This document shows, one piece after another, positions 37,386 to 50,470 of a stretch of 61,229 nt of DNA (positions are counted from its first letter, which is position 1; each line of letters starts with the position of its first letter). The position numbers were made by a program, and so were the translations under genes. The stretch is taken from assembly GCF_041956535.1 (NCBI RefSeq), contig NW_027192198.1, forward strand, positions 967,109 to 1,028,337. The letters are read 5' to 3'. The DNA comes from Calcarisporiella thermophila CBS 279.70 (taxonomy: Eukaryota; Fungi; Calcarisporiellomycota). The notes under the pieces were generated by a model. That model had not been told where the DNA came from. It did not search any database and worked only from the letters and a program-made list of their open reading frames with translations.

Positions 37386-40048
37386 ATGTGGTCATCAGCA
37401 TGGTTAAGCCTGGTGTCCTTGGCGCTGACAGCACTGCATGTGCGCTCGGAACCCAAGATTGCCGATTTGGGTGAGTTCCTTTGAGCTGCATCTTGACGGA
37501 TTCCCCTCTCTGACTTCTCCTTTCTCCAGCGATGGAGGATTACTTCGTGTGGGATCTACCTGTTCCTGAGGCGATGCCTAACTTGACCCACTATGCTGGG
37601 ATGTTTGAGCTGGACCACGAAAAGAGCGCGAACATGTTCTTTTGGCTCTGGCCGAAGCAGAATGAGAGCGGAGCTAACGAGAAGCTAATCGTGTATCTCA
37701 ATGGAGGTGAGTAAGAACTCTGAATTAGTGGTGCCCCACGATGTACTGATAAGTGTGATATTTCCGAATTAGGACCTGGATGGTATGCTATTGTTGATGT
37801 TAATTAATGGTGTATCTATTTCAACTAATGCTCTGTGTTCCCCATTTCGTGCCGTTCAAATTCAAGCTCAAGGTAAAGCAACCATGGAATGTGTTTTTCT
37901 TTTATCTTGGTCACCCATATCCCCTCTCTCTCCACAGTGAAGAGAGCCTCTTCCTAGAGAATGGGCCCATCCGCATGGATCTGAAATACCCGGACACGGT
38001 ACAGCTAAATGAGGCGAGCCTGAACTCCTATGCGAGTGTACTTTACGGTATTATCCACGTTCCACCTGGGCTTATTTGTATCATTACCAGCAGAAAGTTT
38101 AAACTAACCACGTCTTGGATGTGCGTTTTTCATCTTGGATAGTGGATCAGCCGCTAGGCACAGGCTATAGCTATGTGTTAACCGACAGTCTGGACCATAC
38201 CTTGAAGGAGGCAAGCCTATTTAATTTCCAGCCCCCAGCTCACTGGGGTCTCCCTGTGCTATATGATTTAATTTGTTAACATTAGGTGACGGACCACTTC
38301 ATGAAATTCATGGAAAAATTCTTTGCTACCTTTGAGAACTACAAGAATGCCGATGTAGGTTCAGATGCTTATTGAATATTCTATTTTCCTTGGCCCCATT
38401 GAATGACTAAACATGGTCAACGCTTAGCTATATCTTATGGGACGGGGGTTCTCAGGTGTGTATATTTCGTATTTCGCTCACGAGATGCTCGAGCGCAATG
38501 TCAAAGCAAGTCCTCTACGGGTATGAATGAATATCATGACCGACTATTGCCTCTGAGAATGGCGGAGTCAGTTTAATCTAATTTTGCTCTTTTTAAAGTA
38601 TAATCTCCGGGGCATCGCCATCGGTAATGGGTGGATCGACCCGCTGAACCAGTACCGCTCTTATTATGACTATAGTGTGGAGAAGAAATTGCTGGATCAG
38701 GAGGGCCAGGTAATCGTCTTAAAAATCCCCCCCCCCCCCTCCCATCTCTGACATCCCCTCACTGATATATGTGTCATGACTTTCTATAGGAGAGTGCCAA
38801 ACTAGCGGTCGACAAATGTGACCAGGCTCAGCTGGCCAACAATGTGCGGATCCGAACTCCAGTATGCGAACAGCTACTGCAGCTGATATTGGATCATTCC
38901 GTCGTCACGTAAGGCAGCTTGTTGTTTACCGTAGGATGACTTGGTGACTTGGGTTTTAATGATTTCATTTTTCTTGCAGTGAAAATGGTGTGATGAGTTG
39001 TATAGACCAATATGATATTCAGAACAGGGACTCCTATCCAAGATGCGGGTTGGGCGGCCCAGCGGAATCCGCGAATATGACTTCCTACCTGCGAGTAAGC
39101 GGTTTTTTTCTTCTTCAAATATTATAGCCCAGAGGCTTCGTTTATTTTGTTTACGCTAATTATTTTTTAACAAAAAAGATGATCCGTGTGATTCAATCAC
39201 TTCACATTCCCAACGCTCAACTTTTCGGGTGGACTGCCTGCAATGGGCACGTGAGCAACGCACTCGGCTCCGACCCCACTCCTGACGCACCCATTAAGCT
39301 GTTCCCATCGCTTCTTTCGCAAATTCCTGTGCTCCTCTATAGTGGGGCACAGTCCTTAGTCTACAACCACTTGGGCACCGAAGCTTCCATTGCCAATTTG
39401 GAATGGGGTGGTGCAAAGGGGATGGAAGATGCCGAGGAGGAGATCTGGACCATCAACGGAACAAGGGTGGGCACCTGGAAACATGCCAGAAATTTGACCT
39501 ATGCGTTGATAGATCGTGCCGGTTTCTTGGCGGGGCATGGAGAGGGACAGTATGCGGTGCTGAACATGATGAATCGGTTCATGGGAGTGAGCCCAAATTG
39601 GGCGGCGGGATTGCCGGCCACCGTGGGCAATGAGACTCCCCCCGCATCCTCGAGTGGGTACGGATTGGTGGGCGGAGGGTATGTTACCCTTGGGACGGTC
39701 TTGGGCATCGCACTGGCATTTTTGGTGGTAAGCGTGGTCGCCTGGGCCCTTTTGCGGAAGCGCAAGAAGGACAAAGGAAAATTCAAGAGCTTGGCGGAGC
39801 AGGGCTACGAAGATGAGCCCAATGAAATGTACGTGTGGTCACCCCCTTTCTTCCTTTATTCGATCGTTTTTCTTCTCTCCTACTTTCTCGGTATACTTAA
39901 GTGGAATATTTTAATATTTAGGGACGAGCTGGTGATAGACTCCTCCGAGTTCTTTAATGAGGACGAGGACGACATCGAGGAGGCAGAGGATACGGACGAT
40001 GAGCATGGGAGGAGGCATCAGCCTGGTAGCTCGCATTCGCAGGCTTAA
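37386..40048 (+). CDS. Kex1-like S10 serine carboxypeptidase homolog with TM and acidic tail; catalytic triad apparently lost
   Basis: Signal peptide; HYAG, MFFW, YLNGGPGCSS, ENGP, VDQPLGTGYSY, GIAIGNGWIDP, RNLTY motifs; nucleophile motif reads GRGFSG; more than 10 introns incl. GC-AG 38211-38285. Confidence 0.88.
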
Positions 40049-40440
40049 AAGTACTTTTTTTTTTTTGCTATTATATCATCTCTAATAGATATCCACCTCA
40101 TTGTCTCTATGTTTTAAATCTTGCCTCTTTCTACTATGGACCTTATGTCCAAACAAAAAATAACATTCTTCGAGCTGTTTTTTATTTTTTTATTTTTTTT
40201 TTCTATTTTGTTACTCTTTTCGAGCTCTCTATGGGATGGCTTTCTTTAAAATAATAGATCTTCATTTACTTTGTGCTGAAAAGTGGTTGGAAGGATTCGA
40301 TGGTGTGCCGTTGATTTTCCTGGGCACTCATTCAAGTTTTGGGGATGAAAGGGAGAAAGCCTCCTCGGTAAAGGGAAAAAAACTAAACTTTTATATTCTT
40401 AAAAGATCAACTACAACACAGCCGGACAAGGGAAAGACGT

Positions 40441-41201
40441 TTATGCATCGGCCTGCTGAGCACGGCGAGGGCGACGTTCACCGCGGGGGCGGTCAACACG
40501 GCCAGTACCCGAGGCGACGCTAGAGGTGACGACAACCTTGGGGAGCTTCTCAAAGTTGAGCGACTTGAGCAAGTTCTAGATAACACAAAAAGAGGGGTGA
40601 GCCAAACTCAATGTCTTCATGTATCTCTACCACCCGCACTATGGGGGGAGGATCCCACTGTTTGGAATTAGCCTCATACCTGGGTCTCGGGGTCAATCTC
40701 GATGGCCTCAACATCCAAAGCGGACACCTCGGGAACATACTGGTCTTTCCGCTCACGCTCCTCCTCCTGAAGCTTGAAGCTGATGCCTCGCACGGGACCC
40801 TTCTGAATACGCTTCATCAAGTGGGTGGTGAAACCAGCGATCTTGTTGCGCAGACGCTTGGAGGCAATGATGGCGACCTCATCGCAGACACGCTTGTTGG
40901 TCTGGAAGTCGAGGGTGAGGCGAGGGTAGTACTTCTCGATGAGGACACGGGAGGCCTTCTTGACGGTTTTGGTGCGTACACGACCCTATTACAGAGGGAT
41001 GGAAAATGAATCAGTTACGGTGTTTCTCTGATCTCAAGCCTCTGTTTCCATTCCATTGTCCCTCCGTTAAATAGGATGGATTCCCAGCACACCATTCCCA
41101 CCCCTAGTCGTCCAACCCATTCATCCTATATGCCCCTCAACCCATCCATCCATCCCTACACCTCCACAGGCGTTCTCATGCCAAACCAAGCTACTCACCA
41201 T
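40441..41201 (-). CDS. RPS17: 40S ribosomal protein eS17
   Basis: ATG-only first exon, then [32 protein letters not shown]...[24 protein letters not shown]. Confidence 0.97.
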
Positions 41202-41378
41202 TTTGACGTTCCTATCCGAATGTAATCTTCAAAGTCGGGAAAAGAGGAGGAAACTCACAACGCTCAATTCCCGCTACAAAAATCGATTCCATGGAGCTAA
41301 GCCACCATAATTCCTTCAAAGTGTCAACTCATCGGTGTAAGTGAGCCTAGACTGCCTCGTCCAAGCTATTTTGTCGCT

Positions 41379-42961
41379 ATGGATCCCTCAATGCCTAGCC
41401 TAGAAGAGCCCTCCTCTGCGGCCGACCAGCAGCAGAATAAGCAGCCTATTGCACTAATGTGTATTGGAATGGCCGGATCGGGGAAAACTACGTTCATGCA
41501 GGCAAGTGGCAATCTCTTAAGTTTCATGCCATATGCTCTACTCGAGTTAAGGCTAAAATTGCCCTCCTTTTCCCCCTAACATATACACAGCGTCTGAACG
41601 CGCACTTGCACTCGATCGAGAAGCCTCCGTACATTATCAATCTCGATCCTGCCGTAACACACCTCCCTTTCACGGCCAATATCGATATCCGGGACACGGT
41701 GAATTACAAGGAGGTTATGAAAAAGTTTGTATTTTACCTTGGGGAAGGAGGCGTTTCGTGCCATTTACCAGTAAACCTCTTGTTCTGTTTTGTTTTCTCT
41801 AGATATAATCTCGGGCCAAACGGAGGAATCTTGACAAGCTTGAACCTGTTCACGACAAAATTTGATCAAGTCCTCAATTTCGTGGAGAAGCGATCTCCAA
41901 CACTAGAGTAAGTCTCGCCCCCCGTTACGCATACTACTTCCTCCTTCCGGTCATCACCAAATCATATAGCTTATTAACCCTCTTCTCTGCTTGAACCCAT
42001 AGCTACGTCCTGATGGATACACCGGGACAGATCGAGATCTTTACCTGGTCGGCGTCGGGCGCCATCATCACCGATGCAGTTGCTGCCAAATATCCGTCAG
42101 TCATTGCGTACATCGTGGATACCCCTCGAACCACAAGTCCGGTCACCTTCATGAGCAACATGCTCTATGCCTGCAGGTAAATTTTGATAAGATTGCTGTC
42201 GCTTGGCATGGAGGGAACCACTCATCCCATTCCCTGCAGTATTTTGTATAAAACGAAACTCCCGTTTATCCTCGTGTTCAACAAAACTGATGCCCATGTG
42301 CATGACTTTGCGATTGAGTGGATGAAGGACTTTGAATCTTTCCAGCAAGCCCTGAAAAGCGATGGCTCATACATGTCGAGTTTGATGAACTCGATGAGCT
42401 TGATGCTGGAAGAATTCTACAACCATTTGCGGGTGGTGGGCGTGTCTGCCATCACTGGAGAAGGGATGGACGAGTTTTTGGCAGCGGTGGACGAGGCCGT
42501 GAAGGAATACGAGACGGAATATAAACCAGAGCTTGAGCGGCTGTTGAGGGAAAGGGTAAGTGTGTGGAGTCAAAATTTATACTGGAAAGCCTCCATTGCT
42601 CACAGGGAGCTTGTTGCTGCTGAGTTTGTAGAAAGAGCGTGAGCAAGAAAAGAAACAGGAGCAGCTCAATCGACTTATGAACGACCTTGAGGTGAACGAG
42701 GGCAAGGAGGTGACGGGCAGCTACAAAGATGAGGAGGCGGACGAAGAGCAAGAGGATGACGATGACGACGATGATTACGAAGACGACAACGAGGACATCG
42801 GCGTATATAGTTCGTCTAGGACACCTACGGCGCGCGTACACAGAGAGCCGCCTCCAAATTTTGCAGAGAATGAACGCTCCTTCCAAAGCTGGATGAACCA
42901 AGTGCGAGTGGGCGCGGGAGTCGACCCGGTGGAAGTGGTGAAGAAGGAGCAAAAAGAATAA
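41379..42961 (+). CDS. GPN1: GPN-loop GTPase Gpn1/Npa3, multi-exon
   Basis: [45 protein letters not shown]; GC-AG intron 41502-41590. Confidence 0.95.
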
Positions 42962-43170
42962 AAAAAAACAACCAACCAAATTATGTTCATTTAATTCTTT
43001 CATGTAATTTCATATCTTTTTATCCTCTTGATAGATTTTTTTTGCGAAAAAATTTTTATCCTTTTCTTTATTATCACACTATAAAACAAAGCAGAAGAAG
43101 AAGTAAAAAAATAGAGAAAAACGGGAATGATACTAAAACTGTGGATGCTGAAACCTCGCTCTAAAATTGA

Positions 43171-43948
43171 CTAATCTTCCCCGACTGGCACCTCCTCTTC
43201 CAAATAACGGAGCAGCCGCACTCGAACCTCTGTCGCATCGTCTCCGCGCAGAGTATCGCTCACAAAGTTGACTTCGACTTGCATTTGAACCTATCCGACC
43301 CCGAGTCAACATCGAGCCTCTTCTTCAAGTGAAAATCCAACAAGTCCTTACCATTTCAAGGGCCCCTCTTAGGACCCCGCACAGCACATTCGAGTACCAT
43401 AGTCCTTGCGCTACAGCATCCTCAGGCAACTCCACAAATTCTGCCAACGGATTCTCCTCAAACACAAGAGAAAATTCCTTGCCATCCTGTGACCAGTTGG
43501 TGATATTGGGGGTGATGTTTAGGAAGATTTTGAAGCCAACTTTAGAAATCACTTCTGCAGCGTCGCGAAAATCTGAGCAGCGGCCGATGTTGGCTCGAGC
43601 CAGGAAATCTTCAATTAGGCGAACCCCAATATTGTAACCCCTTTAGGCGAGAGAGTTCGATTGTTAGATGACCAGTGGGAATGATAATCATAATTAGGAT
43701 GGACATACATCTTTTCAAGCTGTTTGTTTACTTCTATATAATCTTCGTAGTCTTTTAAAAGCTGGATGACCAGTGACCCATAGGTGAGCGTAAAAAGCTC
43801 GGCATTCTAATTTAAAGAATTGGCTGGATGAGCATGGTGTCCGCTATTACCAAGAAAGATAAATATAAATATCATTTACAATCTTCTCCACCCGATTCTT
43901 CCATGCATCTTCCCCCAACGCCTTATACTGTTTTGCTGCATATGACAT
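43171..43948 (-). CDS. BET3: TRAPP complex subunit Bet3
   Basis: [66 protein letters not shown]. Confidence 0.96.
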
Positions 43949-44113
43949 GGCTGTGATGGTGGTTTACACTAGGTAGAAAGGACGCGACCCGAGATTAAGT
44001 GCCTTGTGCGTGACGAAACTAGCAAGCAGTCACATTATTCTCGCATTTTATTTCATAACGCGTGCATACTCTGAAAAGATTAGCTCGCCCAACCTACAGC
44101 ATAACTACGAATA

Positions 44114-45579
44114 ATGCCAAGAATAATTCGGCGTGCCCCGTGGTGGCAGCGACTTTCTCCAGCAGATTGGCTTCTCTATATCCAGGAAGAGTGGGAGACA
44201 ATCGAGTGGGATGCCTTCTGGATCGCTGCAAGGTTCGTTGCTTTCTCAAAACTTGGTTTCCCTCCCTTATCTCTTAATCGTCTTCAATCGACGTGATCTA
44301 GCTGGCCTTGTGCACTCACTTTGAATGGCCTTGTTATATTTCTGAGACTATCTCACTGGTTTGATGATCCGCCCGCCAAACTACCACCGGTATTTCCTCC
44401 TAATTCCAGTAGTTACTATCAATCTTTTGACCCAAATCGCCCACCAAAGGTTGGTCGGGGATGGGATCTGCAGTTCTGGGTAATCCTTTATTCTTTTCTC
44501 ACATTCCATCCAATGGCTCAATATAGTATTAACCCTGCTTTTATGAAAAAAAAAAATAGCGGTCCTTCCTGGAGTTTGTTCTTGTGAGTTTGAGCTTCAT
44601 TAATACGGCTTATGTGTTTTTGCGATCCAAACGCTATCAGCTTCTGCAAAAAGAATTAGATGTAGGTGTTCTAGCACCCATTTTTTTAACTTTTTTTTCT
44701 CTATTCTCTGGAGTTTAAAGATAACCTTGATTTCGATTTCGACAGGAACCACCCAAGAGCCCAAACGCTCGCATTGTAGAATTCGAGCATGATCTCCCTG
44801 CTTGGTCTTTCACCATGCTTGGGCGCCTACTCTACCCTATCTACCGCCGATACTGGCCCTTCCGTAAGGGGACTGTTCCTCGCAGCCGCCAAATCTGGGA
44901 ACTAGTTATCTGGGATCCTCCGCTGTTTGGCCTCTCTATCTTTTGCCTGTTCTCTCCGCCTCAGGTCCTAATCCTACATTTCATGGACTCCAATAATTGG
45001 AGGGTGCTACTACCTTGTTCGGTTCTAGTAGGATTCCAGACTTGGAGGGTCGTGGAAACCTATCGCACCCACCTAAAGGATAAGGAGATAGTTTTCGGAC
45101 AAGTGCTGCATGAATACAACACCAGCCTGGTGAATCCACGCCTATTCGTCAGGAAGCATGACCAAGCGGTGGGGTCAGATATGGGTGTGGGGACTGACGA
45201 TGGCTTTCTAGCTGGGAGTGAAGAGGAGAGTGCCTATCCCCTAGAGGATTTGAACGGCCACACAAATACTAGTAAATGGACACGGGCGTCTCCACTGGCG
45301 ACCACGGTCTCTTCAATCGGGGATAGAGCATCCCCGGCTACACCAAAACGCAGGCTTCATGAAGGAATAGCTGCTTCATCCAAGTCGCCTTCCTTTGCTA
45401 CGCCCCCAACTACAAACTTCTCAACGCCCATCTTTTCTTCATCCACCCTATCTCCCGCACGATTCTCGAGCGAAAAATCCTCGATCACGGATACAATAGA
45501 CTCTCCGTATAAAGATCAGGAGAATGTTTTCCAGCGGCGACAGAGAAAATCGGGGAGGAAAGTATCCACACGATGGTGA
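44114..45579 (+). CDS. Nuclear rim protein Nur1/Mug154-like
   Basis: MPRIIRRAPWWQRL..P.DWLL...EWD; PKSPNARIV; WELVIWDPPLFGLSIFCLFSP; KDKEIVFGQVLHEYN...V.PRL. Confidence 0.8.
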
Positions 45580-45960
45580 TTAGAGATTTGCAATTTATTT
45601 TTAAAATATAATAAACATAATTCATTTTTAATATTGCATATACTTTCACCAGCTTGATGCTCCTTCTATCATGATGAAAGGAACGCTTTTGTTTTTTGAA
45701 CTCGGACTCTTCACCTGCTGGTTTATGTACTTGCTTTTTTTTTTTCTCATCACAAGTTACTATATTTACAAAAATATAAAAAAAAATGTATGCATCCACG
45801 AAATTTGATGTGCAATTGAAGCAGGTCGAAGTAGATGCAAGCAGCTACAGTGAATATATATTTATTTTTTTTTTTTAAATAGCAAAATTCCAATTGATCC
45901 TTATCAAGGATCTCCATTTTTTATACGAATCAAGAATCAAGACGAATCAGTAGAAAACTC

Positions 45961-46586
45961 TTAGTTGTTCCCCTTGGGGGCCTCCTTGTATGAAATGGCG
46001 GCCTCTTCACCCATAGCATATTGCACGGTAATGAGAAGCTCCTTTCCATCATCGAAATCGGCCTGGATTTTGTCGCCAAGATCCCCTTCGGGCAGTTTTA
46101 CATCATCCTTGGTATTGCCTTCTTGATCCATCAAAGAAAGGAAACCACCATCAATGTCGATGAGGGTGTACTCAGCACGCTTCACATTGGGAACTTCCAT
46201 GTTGTGAGTCGAGGGGGAGATATCTACACGGAAGATTATAGATTCAGAATCATCCCTATCATTTTCCATCCTCAACTTCGAAACTCACCCTCATATTTTC
46301 TACCAGTGAAAATGTCGATACCAACAAGGTTAACTTTAGCGTGACCGTGCTTACCCGTCTTCGAAGTCGACATATCGACAATCTTGCACGGACGATTCTT
46401 GATCACCACGTAACCATTTTTGCGCAGAGCAGAGCACTGCATCGGGACTATATATCGTGAGTAAAAAATTGCCTCAGGAACTTGGTCGGAGGAATAATGC
46501 AATTACAAAAAAAAAATATAGAACTTACAGGTTTCAGAGGCACCGGCGGAGGCCGACTCAAAATCGTGATCGTGTTCGTCGCTCAT
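45961..46586 (-). CDS. TIF51: Translation factor eIF5A
   Basis: [11 protein letters not shown], hypusine motif [22 protein letters not shown]. Confidence 0.97.
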
Positions 46587-47327
46587 GATTAAATGGAGTG
46601 TTTGATTAGATCAACTATTCAAAGACAAAAAAAAAAGTAGGAAGAAAAGAAGTGGATGACAAAAACACAAACAAAAACAAAATAAATCTGAACTTATGAA
46701 CCATCGCATCCCTCTTTCATAAAAAATTAAACTGCGCCATAAAGTGTGACGAGAGCATTTCGAGGGTGCTTCGTTATTATCCAGAACCTATCTCTATTTA
46801 CAAATCTGGAAATAATGAAAATATCCCTCTGATGTTTTTGAAACAAGAACGGGATGACATATCAGTTAGTGATATCAATCACAATAATTGCCTAAGAGCA
46901 GCAAAAGAAATTCTGCATATTTATTACCTAAATTCCCATTGCTGTTTTCCTCCTTTTATTATTCCTGATTAACTGCAACTGAATCAAGAAATGAATCAAC
47001 TCTAACGAATTCAAAAAAGAAACGCCAGTTATTTACAAACATGTTGATTCCCTCTTCGTCCATTGCTGCGATCGGGGGGAATTTGGTGCATCGGCATGCA
47101 GCAGTTTACAGATTTTTTAGATTTCTAAGAATGCATTTGTGAATAAATTTAGGAATATTAATCAATGTCTAATTAATTGCTTTCGCATTTCTAACCCTCA
47201 GTTGAAAACGTATATTTTGCGCCCCTGTAATCCTCCATCCCTTTTTTTCTAATTTTTTTTTCCATCGTTTCGAATAGGCTAGTTTTCTTCCCTTTTCATT
47301 AAAAAAAAAAATCGTTGCCGTTGCACC

Positions 47328-48512
47328 ATGTTAGGGCTTAAGACCTTGGTTACTGTTGCTACTCTCTTCTTGGCGGACCTTGTTTCCTGCCAACAACCGC
47401 AGACCCAGCCGCGACCCCTTCTCGATGTATTGAAGGAAAATGCGGAGACCGCTGCGCTGGCAACCCTCCTCTCAAACCCTCAGTACGCTCAACTTGCAGG
47501 CTTCTTCAATAATACTGGTAGCAATAACACTCTTATCGCCCCGAGTACGACGGCACTCGGTACAGCTATGCAAGCTGATTTGGGCAAACTACAAGCATCG
47601 GATAACACCACCGACATGATTTCAGCCTTTCTTAGAGTACGTAAACAGTATTTGTGCACGGCACAGTAACGGCTTTCAGTCTGCCACACTAATGCCCCTA
47701 CCCGGCAATGTTTCTTCTTTTTTTTTTCCTTTTAGTACCATATCGTTGAAGGAGGTGTTCGTACTACAAGTCTTAGCAACGGTGTAACTATCCGGAAAAC
47801 ACAACTCAAGGGCAAGCCGTTCGTAAACCTTCCTAACGATGGGGCCCAGGTCGTTGCCTTTATCAAGGATGAATTGGGTGTTAGTGTCAGCTATGGTGTT
47901 GATAAGGCTAGAATTGTCCAGAGCGATCTTGAGACTAGCTCAGGTGTCGTGCAAGTCGTTGACAAAGTTTTGATGATTCCGCAAAATGTTTCCACTACTG
48001 CCGCGCTGGCCAAGAATGAGGCATTCGTTAAGGCAATCACTGAGAAGAATCTCTCATCCGTCATTAACACTCTTGAAGGCGTGACGGTGTTTGTTCCGAC
48101 CAATGAAGCCCTTAGCAAAGTCTTAAACAGCTCCTCCACCATGAATGACACAGTAGTTGCGAATCTGCTCAAGTACCACGTTATTCATCCCCAGGTGTAC
48201 TATTCGCCAGACCTGACCAACAACACTAACATCACAACTGTGCAGGGAGGAAGCCTGACCGTCATTAACCAAGACAACAAAGTGATTCTGCGTGACGCCA
48301 ACAACAACCAAGTTAATGTTGTTATGCCCAACCTAATCACCTCTAATGGTGTTATTCATGTGATTGATGGAGTGTTGACTCCTCCTCCGAACATGATCAA
48401 CACCACCATCCCTGGCACAACTGGAGCACGCTCTGGGGCATCCAACGTTGCAATTGGATCTGCTACCCTAGGACTTTCTGCGTTCATGACGCTCCTTGTT
48501 CTTCTGCTCTAA
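47328..48512 (+). CDS. Two-FAS1-domain fasciclin, probable GPI-anchored cell-surface protein
   Basis: Signal peptide; TLIAPS/TVFVPTNEA, YH, NGVIHVIDGVL motifs; hydrophobic C-terminus; one intron 47638-47735. Confidence 0.9.
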
Positions 48513-48943
48513 CTCACGTAATATGGTGTGCATTGTTCCATACGATACCAATATCAACGATCGAATACGCTCGTTTCTTCAACTGTCTCTTAATTTTTTT
48601 TCTGCTTACATTTTTGTAGTTGCTAATATCGACTTATTTAGTGGATAAATACTAATAGCTTAATAAACGATTTTATGAATAAACTGGAATATTCTCGTGA
48701 ACCCGTAGCCAGAAGCCATGTGCGAAATTCGAACTCAAAACCTGCATGTTGCTCCAACCCTCCTTCTCTAGATAACTCATATGCGGCGGATGTTGAGCCA
48801 ACCATATTCCCCTTTGGACACAAATACTTGCACCCCTTTGTTTTACTTTTTTTATAATTATGAAAGAATGTCATATAAATATGCATTGCAAGGAAACTTT
48901 TTGGCCACAAGTACCTGTGTCCGGTAACAGGTAAGAGGGCAAC

Positions 48944-49748
48944 TTTTTTTTTACCTTTAATAGTGCGAGAACTTGCACCCAGTGGCTTAATCCTTTTTTT
49001 TGTTTGTTTGTTTTAACAAGTACCTTAATTGAAAAGTATACTATCCTGTTAAAAAAGGAATTAGCTTTTACGTCAAAATCACTCAGGTAATGCACCTGAC
49101 CTATCTCGAAGGAACTGGGAGTTGGAAGAAAGAGAGAGAGAGAGAGAAGAAAAAAAGAATAGCATAGAGGAAAAGAAGGGGAGAAAAGAAAAAAGTAAAT
49201 AGAAAGAAAAATTAGAAATAAAAAGGAACAAAAGAAAAAAAAATAAAAAACGGATATATGTGAGGAGGGATATTAAAGTAGTGTACAACAGCTTTAGGAT
49301 ACACCGTTTATGTACATGAATAGTAGATAAGACAACAGTAAAAGGAGAAAAGTGCGAAAAAGGAAATGATATTGATATTCAGCATTGGGAGGTTGGGCGC
49401 GGTACTCAAGACGGAGTTGAGACTGAGATTTGGTGTTCAGAGGTATCCTGGGTAAAGATCACGGATTCATATCTGATATTCAACCAGTTTCCCCTTGACC
49501 ATTTATCGATGAAGTCTTTTCCCGATTCTGTTTCATCGCTGTCCACCACTCGGACTTTACTCCTCGCTGTAGTTCGTGGTCAAATTGGTTGGTCATGGCT
49601 ACCGGATTGGGCTGGGCATCGTCTAGTACTAATTCAAGTCTCGAGCGGTATATAATCCACAAGGTTATGTCATGGCTCAGAGCAACCACTTCGTTGAAGC
49701 GTTGGTCTATTTGTTTCGGGTATTCCTAGGAAACGCCTTTGCAAGTGC
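48944..49748 (-). mobile_element. Degenerate 5'-truncated L1-like element (T2d), outermost of the tRNA-2 stack
   Basis: Poly(T) 48944-48952 (= poly(A) on minus); frameshifted ORF2 tail FLGIPETNRPTLQR/VVALSHDITLWIIYRSR...VKSEWWTAMKQNREK/DFIDKW aligns with T1a ILGDLTESSRTARHVAQIVFDSVLWQIHRDR...IGAEIIRARKKQQIEQFRKRW. Confidence 0.78.
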
Positions 49749-49763
49749 TTGCGAGTGGGCGAC

Positions 49764-50109
49764 TTTTTTCAACAAAGGAAGCTTTTTATTGAAAATTTTC
49801 CTGTACAGTTAAAACGGTAGGGTAACTTCTAAGTCAAAATCACCTGGGTACTGCTCCCAGCCTATCTTGAAGCGGTTTGCAAATAAGAAAATAGATTGAT
49901 TGTTAGAGTTTGTTGATTTGAATGCTTGAGTATATAAGATAATGAAATGTAGATAGATAATTTTTCTTTACTCTCGCATACCGTTTGATATGCAGAGAGC
50001 AAAGGTGCTGAAAGAGAATGACATTTACTGTCGCTGTAATATATATCTAAGCTCATGTTCAATTGGGACTACTGGCCGCTTTTGCCTTAGGGAGGCTCTT
50101 GGTTTTTGA
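49764..50109 (-). mobile_element. 5'-truncated non-LTR element 3' end (T2a)
   Basis: T6 tail at 49764; flanked by exact 15-bp repeat TTGCGAGTGGGCGAC (49749-49763, 50110-50124); minus-strand end TGTAC-AGGAA..AATAAA..TTCCT-TTGTTG-polyA; no clear protein homology visible. Confidence 0.7.
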
Positions 50110-50124
50110 TTGCGAGTGGGCGAC

Positions 50125-50470
50125 TTTTTTTTTTCCTCTTAGGACGCGAGAACTTGCGTCCTGTGGTTTATTTAATATATATTACAAATGTGAGATGCGC
50201 TTCCGAACAAGCTTATTAAGTACTAGAAGAAATTGGGGTATAATTTAAAGAGTTCCGTGCTTGAAAATGTCGGATTAAGTGTCCTTGGCTTCCTCGAAAT
50301 CGAAGGCTACTTCTTGGCTGTCATCGATCTGGATTAGCGAGCTCTTCCCCCATTTTAGCCTGAAGCTTTCCTCGTCTTTTTTCCTCTGTGCCTGTATCCA
50401 TTGTCCTTTGATTGCTATGATAAGATCTGACAAAAAGATACACTTGAATGTGATATCCTCGTGTTCTTGG
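50125..50470 (-). mobile_element. 5'-truncated L1-like element (T2b)
   Basis: T10 tail; open minus frame 50469-50275 QEHEDITFKCIFLSDLIIAIKGQWIQAQRKKDEESFRLKWGKSSLIQIDDSQEVAFDFEEAKDT*, homologous to the T1a/T2d ORF2 end; TSD TTGCGAGTGGGCGAC (50110-50124, 50471-50485). Confidence 0.8.

Noticed and set aside
40611-41009. 132-aa + strand ORF and the many other antisense ORFs over GC-rich genes
   Set aside because: Antisense shadows of real genes (here RPS17)
49400-49430. tRNA-like segment in element T2d (CTCAAGACGGAGTTGAGACT)
   Set aside because: Match too short and lies within the ORF2 remnant; not distinguishable from chance
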